A DNA stretch of 32,000 nucleotides from contig NC_000964.3 in assembly GCF_000009045.1 (NCBI RefSeq), forward strand, positions 3,450,001 to 3,482,000, in the 5' to 3' direction. Under the pieces are notes generated by a model that worked only from the letters and a program-made list of their open reading frames with translations, made no database searches and was not told the DNA's origin. The translations under genes and the position numbers were made by a program. Positions 21,841-32,000 of this stretch are shown here, in pieces (within the stretch, counting starts at the first letter, position 1; every line of letters begins with the position of its first letter). The stretch comes from Bacillus subtilis subsp. subtilis str. 168 (GTDB taxonomy: Bacteria > Bacillota > Bacilli > Bacillales > Bacillaceae).

Positions 21841-22476
21841 TCATGAAGTTAAGACCGGAAACATGCCTTTCAGCCCGGCACCAATCATCCCGACCGCAAC
21901 CACGGCTAAGATTAATCCCATCAGTCTGGTAATCACATTCATCTCGGTTTTTCCGAGTTTGCTGCTGATAAAAGCAGAATAGTGGAAAAAGAGAAAGGTC
22001 AGGGCAATAACGGCGGCTATGCCGATCATGACAGCCGCATAATGACCAATGCCGCTATGTCCGGCGGAAAGGCTCATCACTGTTGCAATCGTTCCGGGCC
22101 CAGCAATGATCGGAATGGATAAAGGTGTGACTGATATATCCGCTTTTTCCTTGCTTTCCTTATGTTCATCATGGTGAAGAGATTGCACGTGCGATTCTTT
22201 CGCATTCAATAGATTATAGGCAATGCCGAAAATGAATATGCCGCCCGCCACTCGGAGCGCGTGAATGTTGATATCAAACAGTTTAAAGATAAGATGACCG
22301 AAAACCAAAAAAGCTGCGAGAATAAAAAAGGATAAAATAGCTGCCTTCCGGGCAATCGCTTTTCTTTCCGCTGCAGTATAGCCTTCTGTCAGCGTCAGAA
22401 ATATCGGTACGTTTCCGATCGGATTCGATACTGCGAATAAAGAAATGAAGACGTGAACGATAAATGAGAACATCAT
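21841..22476 (-). CDS. yvbG: MarC / UPF0056-family membrane protein
   Basis: AVSNPIGNVPIFLTLTEGYTAAERKAIARKAAILSFFILAAFLVFG...LSIPIIAGPGTIATVMSL..., MarC-family pattern. Internal Met start. Confidence 0.88.
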   Translation of the reverse strand: MMFSFIVHVFISLFAVSNPIGNVPIFLTLTEGYTAAERKAIARKAAILSFFILAAFLVFGHLIFKLFDINIHALRVAGGIFIFGIAYNLLNAKESHVQSLHHDEHKESKEKADISVTPLSIPIIAGPGTIATVMSLSAGHSGIGHYAAVMIGIAAVIALTFLFFHYSAFISSKLGKTEMNVITRLMGLILAVVAVGMIGAGLKGMFPVLTS

Positions 22477-22625
22477 ATACCTCCTTGTTGATAGTCTCTG
22501 CACAGGAAATAGAATGATTCTCCACCCTTTTACCCGGAGGCGATTTCCCGGTAAACCTTTATAGCCTGTCAGAAACGCGCCATGCTACAATGAAGTGACA
22601 AATTGAATAGGAAGGACGTATACAG

Positions 22626-23240
22626 ATGTTCAAAAAAATTGCGGCAGATGCCTTGGGCTTATCTGATATCGGAAAAATTATCGAACCTCAGGACTATGAC
22701 AAAACAGACGCAGATGACTATGTCATGCATGAAGATAATGAGAAAATTTATTTCTTGATTAAAACAAAAGCAGACGAGTATTGCTTTACGAACCTGGCCC
22801 TGATCCATGTGGACGGCGAACGCGCCACTTCCTCAAAACGAACGTTGAAACGCTATCCTTATTCGCAATATAAAATCTCTGACGTTTTTCTTGAAACTGC
22901 CGGAAAAGTGGATTTGGATGTTGAAATTAAGTTCAAGCTGGGCGGTGAACAATTCGACATTGATGTCCACAAAGACCAGATTGAAAAGTTAAAAGACCTT
23001 TATAAAGCACTGCTTCGCATCGCTGAAACAACCTATGAAAATGACATTTTAATCAATCAAGCGGAGCAAAGCTTAGATAAAGCAGTGACGATTCTTCACC
23101 ATACCCGCCCTGAGCACGTCAATATTGAAACGCAATACAAAGAGCTGACCGAATTCGGATTCACTTGGCTGACATCCGTTCGCTCGCAGTATCATATTAA
23201 GGATTTTGGGGATGTATTTGAGAAATATATTAATAACTAG
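22626..23240 (+). CDS. yvbH: Conserved protein with bacterial PH-like domain
   Basis: 204 aa ORF: MFKKIAADALGLSDIGKIIEPQDYDKTDADDYVMHEDNEKIYFLIKTKADEYCFTNLALIHVDGERATSSKRTLKRYPY.... RBS GGAAGG upstream. Confidence 0.75.
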   Translation: MFKKIAADALGLSDIGKIIEPQDYDKTDADDYVMHEDNEKIYFLIKTKADEYCFTNLALIHVDGERATSSKRTLKRYPYSQYKISDVFLETAGKVDLDVEIKFKLGGEQFDIDVHKDQIEKLKDLYKALLRIAETTYENDILINQAEQSLDKAVTILHHTRPEHVNIETQYKELTEFGFTWLTSVRSQYHIKDFGDVFEKYINN

Positions 23241-23246
23241 ATAAAA

Positions 23247-23283
23247 AAAGACACAGCTGCTATCGTGCTCGTGTCTTTTTTTG
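23247..23283 (+). terminator. Rho-independent terminator after yvbH
   Basis: aaaaaagacac...gtgtcttttttt. Confidence 0.75.
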
Positions 23284-23371
23284 TATGAATATTGATTACT
23301 TTACAACTTTTTTCTTTTATAATAAAACTATTAGTCTATTTTCCCTATATTACAGATAAAGGAGTTATTTT

Positions 23372-24070
23372 ATGTATTGTCCTCAATGCGGCCATCAAAC
23401 AGATGGCGGAAATTTTTGTGAGAAATGCGGATCACCGCTCCCCGGTCAATCAGGCCACCAGCATGCAGCTCAAACTGGAGCCGCTGCAAAGCAAGCAGCA
23501 AAACAGTTCGGTTCATTTGTCTTATCCGTCCTGAAACGCCCTTATCAGGAATGTAAAGCAACAGGCGGAGAACAGCTGATCAGCGCAATCATTACGATGG
23601 TTCTTTTCAGTTTGCTGACCCCTTTGATGTTTTATATTCTTTTTTCAGACGGTCCCGGAAGCGTAAGCTTTACAGCAATCTTCTTAGAGCCAACCATTTA
23701 TTTTATTTTATTTCTATTTGGCCTGCATGCATGCATCTTTTTCGCCCTGAAAATCGCGGGAAACCAAGTGTCTTTCAAGGATTCATTCTCAAGATTCGGA
23801 GCATTTCTTATTCCTTTTACGGCTATTTTGATTCTTGCCCTTTTCTTCTTTTTATTACATACAGACATTTGCTTTACCATATTAGCCGTTGGTTTAATCG
23901 GTGCATTCTTCGCCATTCCTCCTGCGATGCTGAGCAGTTACCAGCATTCATATAAAGGGAAGGTTGATTTCATTTACTCAACGATTGTGATTTATCTGAT
24001 CATCTGCGTTACATTTCAGCTTATTATCGAACACTATGTCAAAGAAATTTTCCGTTATATGCTCTTTTAA
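23372..24070 (+). CDS. yvbI: Zinc-ribbon membrane protein of unknown function
   Basis: 232 aa: N-terminal MYCPQCGHQTDGGNFCEKCGSPL (two CxxC) followed by about five hydrophobic segments. Confidence 0.78.
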   Translation: MYCPQCGHQTDGGNFCEKCGSPLPGQSGHQHAAQTGAAAKQAAKQFGSFVLSVLKRPYQECKATGGEQLISAIITMVLFSLLTPLMFYILFSDGPGSVSFTAIFLEPTIYFILFLFGLHACIFFALKIAGNQVSFKDSFSRFGAFLIPFTAILILALFFFLLHTDICFTILAVGLIGAFFAIPPAMLSSYQHSYKGKVDFIYSTIVIYLIICVTFQLIIEHYVKEIFRYMLF

Positions 24071-24071
24071 A

Positions 24072-24105
24072 AACAACCCCATCACCTGCTGGTGATGGGG
24101 TTGTT
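24072..24105. terminator. Bidirectional terminator between convergent yvbI and yvbJ
   Basis: aacaaccccatcacc-tgct-ggtgatggggttgtt. Confidence 0.85.
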
Positions 24106-25923
24106 TTATTGAATAGACGTTAAGTAAATTCTTCCGTTCTTCACTACGCCGGTGTAGGTCCAGTTATATGTTCTGAGCTTTGGACTGCCGCCTGATTTTG
24201 TGATATAGAATTCTTCATACGTCTTAATCGTGATAGCCGACCCATTTTGGCTCCAGCTTTTCACTTCATAGTTATTAAAGTCTTCTGTTGTCCCCTCTTT
24301 ATTTAATTTCGACACGAGATGCTGCTGGTCGGAATAAAGGGAACTGCCTTTTTCAAGGCTGTCTTCCATCAGTGAGAAATTATTTTGATTCACGGCATCT
24401 GCCTGACTTTGCAGATAACTGCCCATAAATAATGTCACTTGTTCATCTGTAACATCGCCGCTTGCAGAGCTTTCACTGCCTTTGTTTTTCGAGCCAGCCC
24501 AGGCGGAAGTGTATGTCTCTGGTTTATCATTTTTGATTTTCTTTATATTTGTGCCTGCAGATTCGAATGTTGATTCTGCATCTTCGAAAATCCACTTTTT
24601 CTGTTTTTTATCATATGAAAGAAGATATTCATAACTCGGACTGTCGTCAGTCATTTCAGACTTTGTATAGTCGTTATACGAAGAAGACTGGTGAAGTTCT
24701 TTTCCTGTTACCGATACCTGCCACGTTCCGTCGTTTTTCTGAGAGAGGGCAAATGTGTCCAGGTCAAAATCAGTTTCCAAGTATCTATCTTTTAAGTATG
24801 AATCCGCGCTTTTCATAGAATCGACGGTGTCCTTCGTCTCCGCCTTCCAATTGGCACTTGCCTCTGTCATCTGGGCTGTATTCCCATCAGATAGAGCTTT
24901 GGAGTATTGTTTTGTTGTTTTGACAATTGTGTTCATAATCTGTTCCTGTGTATCTTGATCAGGAATTAACGTTAACTCCATTTCTTTATCATCGATCGGA
25001 ACGCCGGCAGTTTTTGTTTTTCCCCACGGAAATTCTGCCTCGACTGAAGCTGTCATTGATCCATCTGTCAGCAGCGGACCATATGTTACGGATTTGAACG
25101 GATCTTTATGAATTGATTTACCGTTAATCAGCAAATCTCCCTTCCCGCTCTTGATGTCATTCGCTAAGCTGAATGTCACATCGTCTGCTTCCAATGAGAG
25201 ATCAACACGAAAGCTGCTATCGCCAATCGCCTGAATGTCTTCCTTTTTCACAAGGTCAACGACATCGTTTTTCAGTTTGGCTGAGACTGTATATTCGCCG
25301 GGAATGTACGGACCAAGGGTTTGTGCTTGATCTGCTTTCTTTACAGATCCGGCTTCCTCTTTATTGACATATAGATCGGTATTTTTATAATTGCTGCTCA
25401 CTTCAAAATAAACAGGTGCTACCTTTAAGTCATAATGGTCAAATACCAGCAGGCTTTTCCCGTCTTTTTCCGCATATACGATATCCTTCTGGGCTGTTTC
25501 ATCACGCAGCGATGCAAAAAGTTCATCTTTTTTGTCTGGATGATCCTTCAAATATGTAAGAAACGGTTTTACATTATTTTTAGTGAGTTTAAGATTGTCA
25601 TTTACCGGTGTAAGCAGAGTCGCGATTTGGTCCTGATCCCCATCATTTACGGCCTGTTCAAACTTGTCTACTAACCTATCCTTTGAAGTAAAATACGCTC
25701 CGGTTTTATATGCGGCGAATAATATAACGCACGCCGCGGCAATGCTGCTCCATAAAATGATGGTTTTCTTAGGGATCGGTTTTCGCGGAGCCTGCCTCGT
25801 TTCTGCAGTGCTAGCTGTTTCTTGATTTGCCTGTTTGCTGCCCCCTCCGATCGGGGTGCCGCATTGTTTACAAAACTTGGCTCCTTCATTATTCTGGGAG
25901 CCGCAATTCTTACAAAATAACAT
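24106..25923 (-). CDS. yvbJ: Zinc-ribbon, single-TM, large extracytoplasmic protein (TcaA/YvbJ-like)
   Basis: 605 aa: MLFCKNCGSQNNEGAKFCKQCGTPI zinc ribbon, TM ILWSSIAAACVILFAAYKTG, long extracytoplasmic region. Confidence 0.82.
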   Translation of the reverse strand: MLFCKNCGSQNNEGAKFCKQCGTPIGGGSKQANQETASTAETRQAPRKPIPKKTIILWSSIAAACVILFAAYKTGAYFTSKDRLVDKFEQAVNDGDQDQIATLLTPVNDNLKLTKNNVKPFLTYLKDHPDKKDELFASLRDETAQKDIVYAEKDGKSLLVFDHYDLKVAPVYFEVSSNYKNTDLYVNKEEAGSVKKADQAQTLGPYIPGEYTVSAKLKNDVVDLVKKEDIQAIGDSSFRVDLSLEADDVTFSLANDIKSGKGDLLINGKSIHKDPFKSVTYGPLLTDGSMTASVEAEFPWGKTKTAGVPIDDKEMELTLIPDQDTQEQIMNTIVKTTKQYSKALSDGNTAQMTEASANWKAETKDTVDSMKSADSYLKDRYLETDFDLDTFALSQKNDGTWQVSVTGKELHQSSSYNDYTKSEMTDDSPSYEYLLSYDKKQKKWIFEDAESTFESAGTNIKKIKNDKPETYTSAWAGSKNKGSESSASGDVTDEQVTLFMGSYLQSQADAVNQNNFSLMEDSLEKGSSLYSDQQHLVSKLNKEGTTEDFNNYEVKSWSQNGSAITIKTYEEFYITKSGGSPKLRTYNWTYTGVVKNGRIYLTSIQ

Positions 25924-26042
25924 GACTTTCCTCCTATTCTACTAATTTGATAACATTTACTGCTTTTCATATTTTATAATAAAACAGAATGAAATTGGGA
26001 ACGAATGAAAAAATTAAATGTCTATCAGACTAAAAAGGTGGA

Positions 26043-26510
26043 ATGAATATGCAAAAGCTCAGGATTGAATTAGGAGAAGAAACAAATGACGAATTATATG
26101 ATCTATTGCTGCTCGCCGATCCATCGAAAGACATTGTAGATGAATATCTTGAGAGGGGAGAATGTTACACAGCTTGGGCCGGTGATGAGCTTGCAGGGGT
26201 TTATGTATTGCTAAAAACAAGGCCGCAAACAGTTGAAATTGTAAATATTGCGGTAAAAGAATCTCTTCAGAAGAAAGGCTTTGGCAAACAGCTTGTACTT
26301 GACGCCATCGAAAAAGCGAAGAAGCTGGGGGCGGACACGATTGAAATCGGAACGGGGAATTCGAGCATTCATCAGCTTTCCCTCTATCAAAAATGCGGAT
26401 TCCGCATTCAGGCGATCGACCACGATTTCTTTCTCAGACATTATGATGAGGACATTTTTGAAAACGGGATTCAATGCCGCGATATGGTAAGGCTTTATTT
26501 GGATCTCTGA
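26043..26510 (+). CDS. yvbK: GNAT-family N-acetyltransferase
   Basis: 155 aa: IVNIAVKESLQKKGFGKQLVLDAIEKAKKLGADTIEIGTGNSSIHQLSLYQKCGFRIQAIDHDFF. Confidence 0.88.
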   Translation: MNMQKLRIELGEETNDELYDLLLLADPSKDIVDEYLERGECYTAWAGDELAGVYVLLKTRPQTVEIVNIAVKESLQKKGFGKQLVLDAIEKAKKLGADTIEIGTGNSSIHQLSLYQKCGFRIQAIDHDFFLRHYDEDIFENGIQCRDMVRLYLDL

Positions 26511-26522
26511 AAGCATAAAAAA

Positions 26523-26552
26523 GCCGCCGAGAGAAAATCCCGGCGGTCTTTT
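26523..26552 (-). terminator. Terminator of the glycolytic operon (after eno)
   Basis: gccgccgagagaaaatcccggcggt hairpin with A tract upstream and T tract downstream; possibly bidirectional with yvbK. Confidence 0.75.
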
Positions 26553-26554
26553 TA

Positions 26555-27871
<1,317 letters not shown>

Positions 27872-27876
27872 TCAAA

Positions 27877-30196
<2,320 letters not shown>

Positions 30197-31381
30197 TTAT
30201 TTATCGTTCAGTGCAGCTACCCCTGGAAGCTCTTTGCCTTCCATAAACTCAAGGGATGCGCCGCCGCCTGTTGAGATGTGGCTCATTTTGTCAGCAAGGC
30301 CGAATTTTTCAACCGCTGCCGCAGAGTCTCCTCCGCCGATGACAGAGTATGTATCTTTCGCCTCTGCCAATGCTTCCGCAACCGCTTTTGTTCCTTGAGC
30401 GAACAAGTCGATTTCGAATACGCCCATTGGTCCGTTCCACACGACAAGTTTGCTGTTTTTGATGACGTCAGCATACGTTTCGCGTGTTTTCGTACCAATG
30501 TCGATTGCTTCTAAATCACTAGGGATTTCAGAGATCGGCACAATTTTCACGTTTGCATCGTTAGAGAAATCATCTGCAACGAGTACATCTTCAGGCATGT
30601 AGAAGTTAACGCCTTTTTCTTTAGCGCGGTCCATAAATGATTTCGCAAGCTCGATTTTATCCTCTTCAAGAAGAGATTTCCCGACTTCATAGCCAAGCGC
30701 TTTTACGAAAGTATAAGCAAGACCTCCGCCGATGATCAGGTTGTCTACTTTATCAAGAAGACTTTCGATTACACCGATTTTGTCTTTTACTTTCGCTCCG
30801 CCGATGATCGCTGTGAACGGGCGGTCAGGATTGGAAACCGCTTTTCCAAGTACATCAAGCTCTTTTTCCATTAAGAAACCTGCAACTGCTGGCAGATGCT
30901 CGGCAATTCCAGCTGTAGATGCGTGAGCACGGTGGGCAGCACCGAATGCGTCATTTACATATACATCTGCAAGCTCAGCAAATGCTTTTGCAAGCTCAGG
31001 ATCATTTTTCTCTTCACCAGGATAGAAACGTACGTTTTCCAATACAAGAACGTCTCCGTCCTTCATCTCAGAAATTTGTGCTTTTACAGCATCGCCGTAT
31101 GCTTCATCCGCTTTTTTCACTTCTTTGCCAAGCAGTTCGCCGAGACGTGCAGCGACAGGAGTTAAACGAAGCTCCTCAACCACTTCGCCTTTCGGGCGGC
31201 CTAAGTGGCTCGCAAGAAGGACTTTTGCGCCTTGGTCTGCAAGGTGTTTGATTGTTGGAAGCGCAGCACGGATACGTGTATCGTCTGTTACTTCCCCGTC
31301 TTTCATTGGAACGTTAAAGTCAACGCGGCAGAATACAACTTTGCCTTTTACGTCGATGTCTTTGAGAGTTTTTTTATTCAT
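30197..31381 (-). CDS. pgk: Phosphoglycerate kinase
   Basis: [44 protein letters not shown]...[40 protein letters not shown]; internal Met start (394 aa). The upstream 53 codons of the ORF are unlikely to be coding. Confidence 0.98.
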   Translation of the reverse strand: MNKKTLKDIDVKGKVVFCRVDFNVPMKDGEVTDDTRIRAALPTIKHLADQGAKVLLASHLGRPKGEVVEELRLTPVAARLGELLGKEVKKADEAYGDAVKAQISEMKDGDVLVLENVRFYPGEEKNDPELAKAFAELADVYVNDAFGAAHRAHASTAGIAEHLPAVAGFLMEKELDVLGKAVSNPDRPFTAIIGGAKVKDKIGVIESLLDKVDNLIIGGGLAYTFVKALGYEVGKSLLEEDKIELAKSFMDRAKEKGVNFYMPEDVLVADDFSNDANVKIVPISEIPSDLEAIDIGTKTRETYADVIKNSKLVVWNGPMGVFEIDLFAQGTKAVAEALAEAKDTYSVIGGGDSAAAVEKFGLADKMSHISTGGGASLEFMEGKELPGVAALNDK

Positions 31382-31597
31382 GCCTAGGAGATCCTCCTTC
31401 AAAATGGTTTGCATACAGCACGAAAAACGTGAAACCGTCTGTTCAAGCGATAACTCCGCTAGGGCAGATCGCAGTCTTTTTCGGCACAGGGCAGTTCGTC
31501 TAAAAGCCAGGGCAGCGGCCTTAGGCGAAAGCGCCGGCAAAGCTGCTTAAAACGCGGTCGTTTCTCTATCACAGAGCGTTTTCTGAAAGCCGGTCTT

Positions 31598-31645
31598 CAT
31601 GGAAAAAGGGAAAGGGAGTCCGTCCCCTTCCCTTGTCCGCTTTCA
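31598..31645 (-). terminator. Candidate terminator after gapA
   Basis: Minus strand AAGGGAAGGG-GACGGACT-CCCTTTCCCTTTTTCC. Confidence 0.6.
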
Positions 31646-31697
31646 TTATAGCGCTTCTATTCGAAAGAACCAAGTCAGGTCCTTTTTCAGCTATAAA

Positions 31698-32000
31698 TTA
31701 AAGACCTTTTTTTGCGATGTAAGCTGCAAGGTCAACAACGCGGTTAGAGTAGCCGCTTTCGTTATCGTACCAAGAGATTACTTTTACCATGCTGCCTTCC
31801 ATAACCATTGTAGAAAGAGCATCGATTGTAGAAGAGTTTTTGTTTCCGTTGTAGTCGCCAGAAACTAATGGCTCTTCGCTGTAGCCAAGGATTCCTTTAA
31901 GGTCGCCTTCAGCCGCTTCTTTAAGAGCTGCGTTTACTTCTTCAGCTGTTACTTCTTGGTTCAGTTCAGCAACCAAGTCAACTAGAGAAACGTTTGGAGT
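31698..32000 (-). CDS. gapA: Glyceraldehyde-3-phosphate dehydrogenase, C-terminal part (N-terminus off the right edge)
   Basis: ...[91 protein letters not shown]; frame open to the window edge; next to pgk. Confidence 0.97.
   Translation of the reverse strand, partial: TPNVSLVDLVAELNQEVTAEEVNAALKEAAEGDLKGILGYSEEPLVSGDYNGNKNSSTIDALSTMVMEGSMVKVISWYDNESGYSNRVVDLAAYIAKKGL

Noticed and set aside
31382-31540. N-terminal 53-codon extension of pgk in the ORF track
   Set aside because: No homology expected. The canonical Pgk start [14 protein letters not shown] is preceded by a good RBS (AAGGAGG), so the extension is leader sequence.

Overview
From gene content and remembered protein sequences, this 32 kb window looks like a Bacillus subtilis (168-like) chromosomal segment. 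No database search was possible. Left to right: partial SDR gene yvaG; tmRNA gene ssrA, smpB, rnr, a carboxylesterase gene (yvaK/est) and secG, all on the minus strand; yvaM; small XRE regulators yvzC, rghR/yvaN and yvaO; HxlR-type yvaP; chemoreceptor gene yvaQ; osmoprotectant ABC operon opuBA-BB-BC-BD with divergent GbsR-type yvaV; the SDP killing-factor locus sdpABC plus sdpRI; paralogous operon opuCA-CB-CC-CD with divergent GbsR-type yvbF; yvbG, yvbH, yvbI, yvbJ, yvbK; and the glycolytic cluster pgk-tpiA-pgm-eno with the 3' part of gapA. The most distinctive system is the SDP cannibalism toxin/immunity island, which is already described. It sits between two tandem copies of a [regulator + opu operon] module. 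Points worth checking are: the SdpA translation start (the strong SD is spaced for an in-frame AUC codon), a candidate SdpR operator, a promoter core shared by the two opu operons, and small zinc-ribbon proteins of unclear role. I found no CRISPR array, transposon, prophage or clearly novel system.
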